64,000 nt of DNA from positions 1,956 through 65,955 of the forward strand of contig CAYRSR010000002.1 in NCBI GenBank assembly GCA_964427275.1, given 5' to 3'. The position numbers and the translations under genes were made by a program. The notes below the pieces were generated by a model. The model had not been told where the DNA came from and ran no database searches. It saw only the letters and a list, made by a program, of their open reading frames with translations. This DNA is from an uncultured Candidatus Saccharibacteria bacterium (lineage in GTDB: Bacteria; Patescibacteriota; Minisyncoccia; UBA6257; CAYRSR01). Each line of letters opens with the position of its first letter. The first letter of the stretch is position 1. This document shows, in pieces, positions 1-8,823 of the stretch.

Positions 1-368
1 GAAGTCCCTTTTATTACATCGTAAATAAACTTATCATCAAAACCTATCTTTGCCGCATCATTTCTTGTGCAGCCGTAATATAATTTCTTCATTTTAGCCC
101 AATGAATTGCTGCAAAACACATAGGACATGGCTCACAAGAAGAATATATCTCGCAATCAGAAAGATCGAATCTCTTTAATTTAGCAGAAGCTTTTCTTAT
201 AGCTACAATTTCGGCATGAGCAGTAGGGTCATTAGTTTTAATAACCTCATTATGGCCCTTTGCAACAATCTTTCCATTTCTTACTATAACTGCACCAAAG
301 GGGCCGCCATCGTTTTGTCTTAAACCTTTAAAGGCTTCTTCAATGGCTATTTTCATAAATTTATTCAT
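1..368 (-). CDS. Guanine deaminase-like cytidine/deoxycytidylate-deaminase-fold zinc enzyme; the C-terminus runs off the window edge
   Basis: Reverse translation gives MNKFMKIAIEEAF...GGPFGAVIV...NDPTAHAE...CEPCPMC...DAAKIGFDD, with the HAE and PCxxC zinc motifs. It closely resembles the Bacillus GuaD/TadA family. ATG at 366-368. Confidence 0.65.
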   Translation of the reverse strand, partial: MNKFMKIAIEEAFKGLRQNDGGPFGAVIVRNGKIVAKGHNEVIKTNDPTAHAEIVAIRKASAKLKRFDLSDCEIYSSCEPCPMCFAAIHWAKMKKLYYGCTRNDAAKIGFDDKFIYDVIKGT

Positions 369-403
369 ATTTAGTTTGTTTACAAACTAAGATATATTAA
401 TAC

Positions 404-493
404 TGGCGGTGGGGGTGAGATTCGAACTCACGATACCCTTTTGGGGTATAGCGGTTTTCAAGACCGCCCCTTTCAACCACTCAGGCACCCCAC
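404..493 (-). tRNA. tRNA-Ser (anticodon UGA), long variable arm
   Basis: Cloverleaf folded by hand: acceptor GGTGGGG/CCCCACC, anticodon loop cTTGAaa, long extra arm, T-loop GGTTCGAATCC. Confidence 0.8.
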
Positions 494-692
494 CATAATA
501 AATTTAAAATATAAATATCAAAATGTAAAATGACAATTAAAAATTCAAAATTAACAAATTCTAAAAATGTAAAATGTAAAAATCAAAAATCAAAATACTA
601 TAATCAATTTTCAATTTTCAAATTGTTAATTTGTTTGAAAATTAGCTCGCCCACTCGCAATACTTAGGTCTATATTGATGAGCAGATTATAG
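494..692. repeat. AT-rich modular intergenic repeat element, copy A, between divergent tRNA genes
   Basis: Shares the blocks AAATTTAAAATNTAAATATCAAAATG, AAAATGTAAAATGACAATT and AATCAATTTTCAATTTTCA...TTTGTTTGAAAATT with copies at 14425-14644, 57747-57878 and 58764-58904. Confidence 0.6.
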
Positions 693-765
693 TGCCCCGA
701 CTAGGATTCGAACCCAGATCTTATCCTTAGGACGGATCTGCTCTATCCAATTGAGCTATCGGGGC
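693..765 (-). tRNA. tRNA-Arg (anticodon CCU)
   Basis: Acceptor GCCCCGA/TCGGGGC, D-arm GCTCAATTGGATAGAGC, anticodon loop gtCCTaa, T-loop TTCGAAT. Confidence 0.7.
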
Positions 766-814
766 TTTACAACTTTAAAATTATACTATAAAATTTAATT
801 GATAACAATTAATT

Positions 815-888
815 GGGCGTATAGCTCAGTTGGTTAGAGCGCTACGTTGACATCGTAGAGGTCTCCTGTTCGAGTCAGGATACGCCCA
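815..888 (+). tRNA. tRNA-Val (anticodon GAC)
   Basis: GGGCGTATAGCTCAGTTGGTTAGAGC...; anticodon stem CTACG/CGTAG with loop tTGACat; T-arm GTTCGAGTC. Confidence 0.85.
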
Positions 889-897
889 CTTAAAGCT

Positions 898-971
898 GGG
901 CCGTTAGCTCAGTTGGCTAGAGCGTCTGCGTGGCACGCAGGAGGTCAAGGGTTCAAGTCCCTTACGGTCCA
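898..971 (+). tRNA. tRNA-Ala (anticodon GGC)
   Basis: GGGCCGTTAGCTCAGTTGGCTAGAGC...; G3:U70 Ala identity pair present; anticodon loop gtGGCac; T-arm GGTTCAAGTCC. Confidence 0.8.
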
Positions 972-993
972 CAGAAACAAAGCTCAAGCTAAA

Positions 994-2040
994 ATGAAAG
1001 AAAAATCTAGAATAATAACTACAATTAAGAAAGTAATACCTGCAGTGGTTTCAATTGTTATTACTAAACGTCTTCGACAGTTAGAAGAAGAATTGAGAGA
1101 AAGGTTTTATCCTTTTTATCCCTTGCTTCCTCCAATTCAAATCCCAAGAGAAATGATTGGTCCAGGAGGAAGAATAAGAATTGGTGGAGGTTCTGGATTT
1201 ATCTTTGATTCCTCCGGCTTAATTTTAAGTAATCGACATGTAGTTTCTGAACCTAATGTTGAATATACTGTAATTACTCATGATGAAAAAAGATATCCAG
1301 CTAGAGTTCTAGCAACAGATCCAACTACAGATGTAGCAATTATTAAAATTGAACCTAAAAAACCCTTACCAATAGTTAAACTCGGAGATTCAAATGAACT
1401 GGAATTAGGACAAACAGTTTTAGCAATAGGATATGCTTTAGGAATATTCCGAAACACTGTGTCCAAAGGAATAATTTCTGGTTTAAGCAGAGCAATTGTA
1501 GCCAGGACCAAAGGATTGTTACTGGAAGAAAGTGAAGAAAGACTTAAGGGATTAATTCAAACCGATGCTGCAGTCAATTTAGGAAATTCAGGGGGACCGC
1601 TTGTAAATGTTTTTGGAGAAGTAATTGGAATAAACGTTGCAGCAGTAATTGGAGCAGAAAATATTGGCTTTGCTATTCCAATTAATACTGCTAAGAAGAC
1701 TTTGGCTAGCTTTAAAAAATATGGCCGAATAGCTAGGCCATTTTTAGGGGTTAGATACTTAACTATAAATAAACAGGTTCAGCAGGAACTAAAACTGCCA
1801 GTAGGTTATGGAGCATTGATTATTAAAGCTAGAGGCGCGATAGTTTTAGGCAGTCCGGCAGATAAGGCTGGTTTACTTCCCGGTGATATAATTTTAGAAT
1901 GCAATGGAAAAAAGATTAGTACTAAAAAAACCTTATCAGATCATCTGGAAGAATTTAATGCTGGAGATAAAATTGAATTAACCGTACTCAGAGGAACTGA
2001 AAAATTTAGAATAAAAATTACTTTAGCTGAAAGACCTTAA
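994..2040 (+). CDS. htrA: HtrA/DegP-family periplasmic serine protease with C-terminal PDZ domain
   Basis: N-terminal TM helix, trypsin-like His/Asp/Ser context (HVV, DVAIIKI, GNSGGPL) and a PDZ region. The ORF-track start at 913 overlaps tRNA-Ala, so the start was moved to the internal ATG at 994. Confidence 0.8.
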   Translation: MKEKSRIITTIKKVIPAVVSIVITKRLRQLEEELRERFYPFYPLLPPIQIPREMIGPGGRIRIGGGSGFIFDSSGLILSNRHVVSEPNVEYTVITHDEKRYPARVLATDPTTDVAIIKIEPKKPLPIVKLGDSNELELGQTVLAIGYALGIFRNTVSKGIISGLSRAIVARTKGLLLEESEERLKGLIQTDAAVNLGNSGGPLVNVFGEVIGINVAAVIGAENIGFAIPINTAKKTLASFKKYGRIARPFLGVRYLTINKQVQQELKLPVGYGALIIKARGAIVLGSPADKAGLLPGDIILECNGKKISTKKTLSDHLEEFNAGDKIELTVLRGTEKFRIKITLAERP

Positions 2041-4445
2041 ATTACCAGATTAATAAGCTTATCTGGAATATAAATTATTTTCTTAATCTTTTTACCTTGA
2101 ATATATCTTTTTATTTTTTCAGAATTTAAAGCTATTTCTTTTACTTCTGATTCAGATAAACCACCTATTACTTCCAATTTGTCTCTCAACTTACCATTTA
2201 CTTGAATAATCAGAGTAATTTTTTCTGCTTTAATTAATTCAGGATTGTATTTAGGCCAGCTTTGAGTAAATATGGATTTTTTATTTCCTAGCCTTTGCCA
2301 TAATTCTTCAGCTATATGAGGAGTAAATGGAGCAATTAACTTTATCAAGCTCTCATAAGTAGACTTTGATATATAAGGCTGTTTTTCTATTTCATTTACC
2401 AATACCATTAAAGTTGAAACGGCAGTATTAAATCTAAAATCTTTAATATGTTCAGTAACCATTTTAATACTTTGATGTAAAAGTTTTTGAATTTGACTGG
2501 ATTCAGGCTTTAATTCTTTAATTTTAGATTGTAATTTCCAAATTCGATTTAAAAATCTGTAGCAACCAACTACACTTCGATCTGACCACTCAGTAGCTTG
2601 TTCAGCAGGACCCATAAACAATTCGTATAATCTTAGTGTATCCGCTCCATATTTTTTGATTAATTCATCTGGCACAACTACATTTCCCTTAGATTTGGAC
2701 ATTTTTGCTCCATGTCGATAAACTGTTCCCTGATTGAATAACTTAGAAAATGGTTCGTCAAAGTCAATAAGTTTCTTATCAAATAAGAATTTAGTAAGAA
2801 ACCTTGCATACAACAGGTGCATTACTGCATGTTCTGCTCCACCAATATACAAATCAACCGGCAGCCATTTTTTAATTTTTGATTTCGAAGCAAATTGCTT
2901 TGAATTTTTTGAATCAATATATCTAAGAAAGTACCAGGAAGAACAAACAAAGGTGTCCATTGTATCAGTTTCACGAAAAGCTTTTCCTCCACACTTAGGA
3001 CACTTTACTTTTACAAACTTCTCACTTTTAGCCAGTGGTGACTTTCCTCCTCCAGCTGGTTTAAAGTCCTTAATTCTGGGCAGAATTACTGGCAATTCCG
3101 ATTCGGGAACTGGAACCCAACCACATTTAGAACAGTGTATCATTGGTATTGGAGCACCCCAGTATCTCTGCCTGGAAATTAACCAATCCCTAAGTTTATA
3201 GTAAACTTCTTTCTTTCCTAGATTGTTTTTTTGCAAATACTGAGCGATTTTTGCTCTAGCTTGTTTGGAAGTTAATCCGGAAAACTTTCCTGAATTTATT
3301 AATATTCCATCCTCAACATAGGCTTCATCTGGAAAGTTAGATTTTCCAGATTTTGGTCTAATAACTTCAATAATTTTTAAGTTATGTTTCCTGGCAAAAT
3401 CAAAATCTCTTTGGTCGTGAGCAGGAACTGCCATAATTGCACCGGTTCCATATTCTCCAAGTACATAGTCAGCCACATAAACCGGCACTTGCTTCTGATT
3501 AACTGGATTTATTGCTAATATTCCTTTTAGTTCAATTCCAGTTTTTGACTTATCTTGAGAAGTTCTTTCAATTTCAGTTTTCTGTTTAGCTTGTCTAATA
3601 TATCTTTTAACCGAGTTAAAGTTTGAAATTCTTGGCTTAAGTGTTTCAATTATAGGATGTTCCGGAGCTAAAACGATATAAGTACAACCAAATAAAGTAT
3701 CAGCTCTGGTGGTAAATACATCAACTGAAAGTTTAGAATTCACAATTTGGAACCGAACAGTAACTCCGGAGGACTTACCAATCCAGTTTCGCTGCATTAA
3801 TTTTATATTTTCGGGCCAATCAATTTTTTCCAAATCTTTCAATAGTCTTTCAGCATATTTAGTAATCTTAAAAAACCATTGCTCAAGGTCTTTTTGTTTA
3901 ACCAGACTACCACATCTTTCACACCTGCCATTAATTACTTGTTCTCTAGCCAAAACAGTTTTACATTTTGGACAATAATTTACAGCTGATTTTTCCCGAT
4001 AAGCTAATCCAGCTTTGTACAATTGTAAGAACATCCATTGAGTCCATTTGTAATAATCTGGAGTTGAGGTATTAATTTCTCTACTCCAATCATATCCTAA
4101 TCCGGAGCTAATCATTTGTTTTTTAATTCGATTAATTGACTTTTTTGTAGTTATTCTTGGATGAATTCCGGTTTTAATAGCAAAGTTCTCGGCTGGTAAT
4201 CCAAAAGCATCCCAGCCCATTGGATGAAGAACATTATAACCTTGCATCAATTTCTGTTTGGCTATCAGGTCAGAAATAGTGTAACCTTTAAGATGTCCAA
4301 CGTGAAGTCCGTAAGCAGAGGGATAAGGAAACATGTCCAAGCAATAAAACTTTGGTTTCTTCGATCTATCTGAAGCTCTAAAAATCTTAAGTTCTTCCCA
4401 ATTTTTTTGCCACTTTTTCTCAATTTTTTGAAAAGGATAAGACAT
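2037..4445 (-). CDS. leuS: Leucyl-tRNA synthetase
   Basis: 802 aa; HIGH motif (HVGHLKGY), KMSKS motif, CP1 editing region and zinc-finger cysteines. Confidence 0.9.
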   Translation of the reverse strand: MSYPFQKIEKKWQKNWEELKIFRASDRSKKPKFYCLDMFPYPSAYGLHVGHLKGYTISDLIAKQKLMQGYNVLHPMGWDAFGLPAENFAIKTGIHPRITTKKSINRIKKQMISSGLGYDWSREINTSTPDYYKWTQWMFLQLYKAGLAYREKSAVNYCPKCKTVLAREQVINGRCERCGSLVKQKDLEQWFFKITKYAERLLKDLEKIDWPENIKLMQRNWIGKSSGVTVRFQIVNSKLSVDVFTTRADTLFGCTYIVLAPEHPIIETLKPRISNFNSVKRYIRQAKQKTEIERTSQDKSKTGIELKGILAINPVNQKQVPVYVADYVLGEYGTGAIMAVPAHDQRDFDFARKHNLKIIEVIRPKSGKSNFPDEAYVEDGILINSGKFSGLTSKQARAKIAQYLQKNNLGKKEVYYKLRDWLISRQRYWGAPIPMIHCSKCGWVPVPESELPVILPRIKDFKPAGGGKSPLAKSEKFVKVKCPKCGGKAFRETDTMDTFVCSSWYFLRYIDSKNSKQFASKSKIKKWLPVDLYIGGAEHAVMHLLYARFLTKFLFDKKLIDFDEPFSKLFNQGTVYRHGAKMSKSKGNVVVPDELIKKYGADTLRLYELFMGPAEQATEWSDRSVVGCYRFLNRIWKLQSKIKELKPESSQIQKLLHQSIKMVTEHIKDFRFNTAVSTLMVLVNEIEKQPYISKSTYESLIKLIAPFTPHIAEELWQRLGNKKSIFTQSWPKYNPELIKAEKITLIIQVNGKLRDKLEVIGGLSESEVKEIALNSEKIKRYIQGKKIKKIIYIPDKLINLVI

Positions 4446-4549
4446 TAATTTCTAATCAGCTAAGTTCTGATGGTTTTATTATATAATAAAATAAACAGAA
4501 AGCAATTGAATATTGAAAACTAGCTTAAAGTTGACTATAGTTAGTTAGT

Positions 4550-5527
4550 ATGGAAAAGAAAAAAGTAGTAACAATTGGTGGTGGAACAGGAAGCTATAAC
4601 CTACTGAGGGGATTAAAAAAATACACTGATAAAATTGAAATTAGTGCAATAGTGACAATGATGGATTCAGGGGGAAGTTCAGGAATACTAAGAGACGAAT
4701 ATGGAGTTTTACCGCCGGGAGACATCAGAAGATGTTTAATAGCCTTATCCGATGAAACTGAAATCCTTAAAAAGCTATTTAATTACAGGTTTCATTCTAA
4801 AAAAGGAAATAGTTTGTCAGGCCATAACTTTGGCAATTTGTTTTTAACTGCACTGGAAAAAATACTAAACAGCGAACAAAAGGCAATTAAGTTTGCTTCC
4901 AAAATTTTGAAAGTAAGAGGTAAAGTATTGCCGGTAACTTTTCAAAGCACTCATCTGTATGCACGCCTGGAAGATGGAACCCTAATTAAAGGAGAATCAG
5001 TAATTGATTTGCCTCGTTCAACTTCAAACTTAAGAATTAAAAGACTATATCTAAAACCTCCGGCAGAGGCAAATCCAGAAGTTTTAATAGCTATAAAACA
5101 GGCTCAGGTTATAATAATAGGCCCGGGAGATTTATTTACCAGTATTATTCCAAACCTAGTAGTTAATGGAGTATCCAAAGCTATTAGAAAATCAAAAGCC
5201 TTAAAAATTTATAACTGCAATATAATGACCAAATATGGTGAAACCAATGATTTTTCAGTTTATGACCACTTGGCTACCATTGAAGAGTATATTGGTTGTC
5301 CTTGTATTGATGTTTTAACCTATAACAGCAAAAAATTGAGGTCAAAGATTTTGAAAAGATACCAACGAGAAAAAGCTAAACCAGTAAAATTTATCCAGAA
5401 TGAATTCAAGTCTAGAAATATAGAAATAATCGGTAGAAATTTAGTTACCGAACCAAATGTAGCCAGGCATGACCCGGAAAAAATTGGAAAACTAATTATG
5501 AAAATAATCTCTAAAAGGTTGAGCTAA
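4550..5527 (+). CDS. YvcK/CofD-family (UPF0052) gluconeogenesis-factor-like protein
   Basis: VVTIGGGTGSYNLLRGLK...IVTMMDSGGSSGILR...LPPGDIRRCLIAL is characteristic of the YvcK/2-phospho-L-lactate transferase fold. Confidence 0.7.
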   Translation: MEKKKVVTIGGGTGSYNLLRGLKKYTDKIEISAIVTMMDSGGSSGILRDEYGVLPPGDIRRCLIALSDETEILKKLFNYRFHSKKGNSLSGHNFGNLFLTALEKILNSEQKAIKFASKILKVRGKVLPVTFQSTHLYARLEDGTLIKGESVIDLPRSTSNLRIKRLYLKPPAEANPEVLIAIKQAQVIIIGPGDLFTSIIPNLVVNGVSKAIRKSKALKIYNCNIMTKYGETNDFSVYDHLATIEEYIGCPCIDVLTYNSKKLRSKILKRYQREKAKPVKFIQNEFKSRNIEIIGRNLVTEPNVARHDPEKIGKLIMKIISKRLS

Positions 5528-5539
5528 AAGTTAAGTCAC

Positions 5540-6445
5540 TTAAGGACTCCAGTTTATGATTATTTCCTCTACTAGCGGAGTAGTTTCTTTGCAGGGATCA
5601 GATTCTAAAATCACTTTATACCTGAAATAGCGATGATTATTATGGTAACTTCGGTTAATCTTTATTGGGAAATTTGGGCCAATTGGCTCATAAACGTCAG
5701 TTTCTAAACCGGTTCCTCCAGGTCCTAGAAACTTCCATTCACCAGTATCACATTGAGGAGGATTGGTAGCTCCATTTGGACAATTTGAGGAGGCAAATTG
5801 AAACTTAACTTTGGTACCAGATGGCTTGTATCCCTTCCACATAAGCGAATTAAATCCAGCTCCTGATTCTATTCCAGTATCGTATACTAAAGAAACAAGA
5901 TAACCTGTTTTTCCAGAAGTAGACCAGGAAGTTTTTACTTTATAATCAATTGGTCCCTCAGCACCAGGATTGTTGCTATTAAAGGAAATCCAGCCAATTA
6001 TATCATTCCAGGCCCAACCCTGGAAGTTTCCTGCAGCATCAATAGTTACTCGATAATTTGATTGGGTGCAAACATTCAAATCACGACAATTAAAGGAAAT
6101 CCAGCCAATTACCTCGTTCCAGGCAAAACCGGATAATTCTCCGTTACAGTTGTTTTCAACTTTAAAGTTAGAACTGCTGCAGATATTTCCATTGGGGGAA
6201 GTTTCACAATCAAGGGCAATATAACCTACACTGGAACTAGCGTATCCTTTAATTTTGTAATCAGTTACTTCCACATTGCCGGTAGAATAGAAATCAATCC
6301 AGCCAATAATATCATTCCAGGCCCAGTGCTCCCCTTCTTCCGAACTAATATTAGTAGCTGCAGCTGCTTGTTTTGTTTCAAATAATAGGCAAATTTGGAT
6401 TATTAAAATAGTTAACAATAGTAATTTCAGTAGATTTTTTTTCAT
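5540..6445 (-). CDS. Secreted cysteine-rich protein with three Trp-rich G[WF]AWN[DE][IV]IGWI[SD]F repeats
   Basis: Signal peptide MKKNLLKLLLLTILIIQICLLF; three ~15 aa Trp-rich repeats encoded by three near-identical ~35 bp DNA repeats (around 5981-6023, 6091-6132 and 6291-6340); many Cys residues. No confident family match from memory. Confidence 0.6.
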   Translation of the reverse strand: MKKNLLKLLLLTILIIQICLLFETKQAAAATNISSEEGEHWAWNDIIGWIDFYSTGNVEVTDYKIKGYASSSVGYIALDCETSPNGNICSSSNFKVENNCNGELSGFAWNEVIGWISFNCRDLNVCTQSNYRVTIDAAGNFQGWAWNDIIGWISFNSNNPGAEGPIDYKVKTSWSTSGKTGYLVSLVYDTGIESGAGFNSLMWKGYKPSGTKVKFQFASSNCPNGATNPPQCDTGEWKFLGPGGTGLETDVYEPIGPNFPIKINRSYHNNHRYFRYKVILESDPCKETTPLVEEIIINWSP

Positions 6446-6490
6446 AATTCTAGTATAATATTATTATACTGAATAAACCATTATCCGTAA

Positions 6491-7408
6491 ATGCGAAGTA
6501 TCTATGATATTAAAGAAAACTTACACTGGATAGATATTCTTTCTCCTTCTCCGCTAGATTTGCAGTATCTGAGACAAAATTATAACTTTCACTCAGTAAT
6601 TCTGGATGAGCTTTTACACCTTTCCAGTCGAGGAAAAGTAGATAGGTTTGAAGACGATTATCTTTACATAGTATTTCGGATTCCGGTTTACGATATTAAA
6701 GAAAAAACTTCAAAATGTGGCGAAATTGATTTACTTATTACCAGAAATAGTCTAATCACTGTTCACTACCAGCCTTTGCAGCCAATTGAAGAGTTTGAGA
6801 GAAAGTTAAAGAATAAAAAATTAATAGAGGAAATCAATGATACTGCCAGATTAACCTATCAGTTTCTGGAAGAGGTTAATCAATTTTCTTTACATCAACT
6901 CCAACGTATTCAGGAAAAAGTAAACCAGGTTGGAGAGCAACTTTTTGCTAAACATCAACAGGATTTACTAGAAAGAATTTCCTGGATTAAAAGAGATTTA
7001 GTTACTATAGGAATGATTGTCCAACCTCAACTTAGGATATTAGAATCTTTACTATCAGTCTGTTCAGATTTCTGGGGTAAGCGCGCTGAAGTGTATTTTT
7101 CAGACTTACTAAACGACTATGGTAGAGTAATTAACTTATTTGAAAGCTTAAAAACTACTCTATCTGATTTCGAAACTACCAATGCCCAACTACTGAACTA
7201 TAAGTCAAATGATGTAATGAAAAAATTTACTGTACTGGCTTTTTTAACATTTCCATTAATGCTGGTGGTAGCAATAATTACTATTCCGACAATTTCTGAA
7301 GCAATTGAAAACTGGATGGGATTAAATGGATTTATTCTATTAATTCTGGGCTCAGTACTAACTATGGGTTTACTAGCTTACATTTTCAGAAAGAAGGATT
7401 GGATGTAG
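6491..7408 (+). CDS. CorA-like divalent cation transporter (two C-terminal TM helices, non-canonical GMN region)
   Basis: 305 aa soluble N-domain followed by two TM helices at the extreme C-terminus, which is the CorA/ZntB architecture. The loop reads ENWMGLNG rather than the canonical YGMNF. Confidence 0.45.
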   Translation: MRSIYDIKENLHWIDILSPSPLDLQYLRQNYNFHSVILDELLHLSSRGKVDRFEDDYLYIVFRIPVYDIKEKTSKCGEIDLLITRNSLITVHYQPLQPIEEFERKLKNKKLIEEINDTARLTYQFLEEVNQFSLHQLQRIQEKVNQVGEQLFAKHQQDLLERISWIKRDLVTIGMIVQPQLRILESLLSVCSDFWGKRAEVYFSDLLNDYGRVINLFESLKTTLSDFETTNAQLLNYKSNDVMKKFTVLAFLTFPLMLVVAIITIPTISEAIENWMGLNGFILLILGSVLTMGLLAYIFRKKDWM

Positions 7409-7439
7409 CTACCTAAGCTTAATACTTAACCACATAATA

Positions 7440-8819
7440 ATGGTCTATATTTTTGACACCTTATCTGAAAAAATTAAACCCCTTCCAAAGAAAATTAACC
7501 TATTTGTGTGTGGTCCTACAGTTTACGATTATGTTCACATTGGCCATGCCAGATTATACCTGGTATTTGACATGCTGGTCAGATATTTAAGATTTAAAAA
7601 ATTTAAAGTTTTTTATTTACAGAATATTACCGATATTGATGATAAAATAATTGACAAAGTTAAAAGTAAAAAGAATAAATTTACTAGAAAAGATATACTA
7701 AAACTAGCTCACTTTTATGAAAAAAAGTACCTTGAGGATATGCAAAAAATTAACATTAATACGGTAGATGCCTATGCCAGAGCTTCTGAGCACATTAAAG
7801 AAATAATAAGCCAGATTAAAAAATTGATTGAGCTAGGATATGCCTATCAAACTATGCGAGGAATCTATTTTGAAGTAAAGAAGTTTAAAAACTACGGAAA
7901 GTTATCCAAACAGAATTTAGATGAATTGAGACCAGGCTGGAGAATTGAACCAGACCCGCAAAAAAAAGACCCTTTGGATTTTAGTCTGTGGAAATTCTGG
8001 AAATTAGGCTGGAAATCTCCCTGGGGAATAGGCCGACCTGGCTGGCACATTGAAGATACAGCTATAGCTTATAAGTTTTTTGGACCTCAGTATGATCTAC
8101 ATGGTGGTGGAATGGATTTAAAGTTTCCTCATCATGAATCAGAAATAGCTCAAATGGAAGCTTTTTCTTCCAAAAGGCCAATGGTTAAAGTCTGGATGCA
8201 TGTTGGATTACTAAAAATAAATGGGAAAAAAATGTCCAAAAGCTTAGGAAACTATCTAACTTTAAGAGATTTTTTAAAGCCAGATGTTAAAAAAAGAGTA
8301 AATTTATTGAGATTGATGGTGGCAAGCTATCACTATCGTTCACCACTAAACTATACCGAAAAACTACTAAAACAAACCGAAAGTAAGTTTCAAAACTTAA
8401 TTGAATTTCTGGAAAAATTAAGAATGATTAAGCAGAGTCAGAAAATTCTAAAGATTTCCTACCAATTAAAATTGGCTCAAAAAAACTTTCAACAGGCTCT
8501 GGACAAGGATTTTAACACTCCTAAAGCTTTAGGAGTGTTATTTAAACTTATTTCTGAAATTCAAAGAGACCTTTGGAAGCTGAATAAGACCCAGGCAAAG
8601 CAGATTAGCAAGTTTATTCAAGAAAGGTTGAAAATTTTTGGAATTGAGTTAAACTTAACTGGAGTACCAGAGTTAATAAAAAACTTAGCTAAACAACGAG
8701 AAAAGTTTAGAAAAAACAGACAATGGAATGAAGCAGATAAATTACGAAAAAAAATAAACAAACTAGGATATCAGATAGAAGATACCCCAGCTGGACCATA
8801 CATAAAGCCAATCACTTAA
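7440..8819 (+). CDS. cysS: Cysteinyl-tRNA synthetase
   Basis: CGPTVYDYVHIGHAR (HIGH) and KMSKSLGN motifs; 459 aa. Confidence 0.9.
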   Translation: MVYIFDTLSEKIKPLPKKINLFVCGPTVYDYVHIGHARLYLVFDMLVRYLRFKKFKVFYLQNITDIDDKIIDKVKSKKNKFTRKDILKLAHFYEKKYLEDMQKININTVDAYARASEHIKEIISQIKKLIELGYAYQTMRGIYFEVKKFKNYGKLSKQNLDELRPGWRIEPDPQKKDPLDFSLWKFWKLGWKSPWGIGRPGWHIEDTAIAYKFFGPQYDLHGGGMDLKFPHHESEIAQMEAFSSKRPMVKVWMHVGLLKINGKKMSKSLGNYLTLRDFLKPDVKKRVNLLRLMVASYHYRSPLNYTEKLLKQTESKFQNLIEFLEKLRMIKQSQKILKISYQLKLAQKNFQQALDKDFNTPKALGVLFKLISEIQRDLWKLNKTQAKQISKFIQERLKIFGIELNLTGVPELIKNLAKQREKFRKNRQWNEADKLRKKINKLGYQIEDTPAGPYIKPIT

Positions 8820-8823
8820 AACT

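Noticed and set aside
494-692. AT-rich repeats as a possible CRISPR array or tandem iterons
   Set aside because: There is no regular repeat-spacer periodicity, no conserved 25-40 bp direct repeat and no cas genes. The structure is modular and palindromic, not arrayed.
913-993. N-terminal 27 codons of the ORF-track call for htrA (MARASAWHAGGQGFKSLTVHRNKAQAK)
   Set aside because: This stretch lies entirely within tRNA-Ala (898-971). It is in frame by chance, so the start was moved to the ATG at 994.
2734-3201. Antisense ORFs within leuS (2734-3201, 3709-3978) and within htrA (1278-1511)
   Set aside because: They lie fully inside well-supported genes on the opposite strand, have low-complexity Ser/Leu-rich composition and no RBS or homology.
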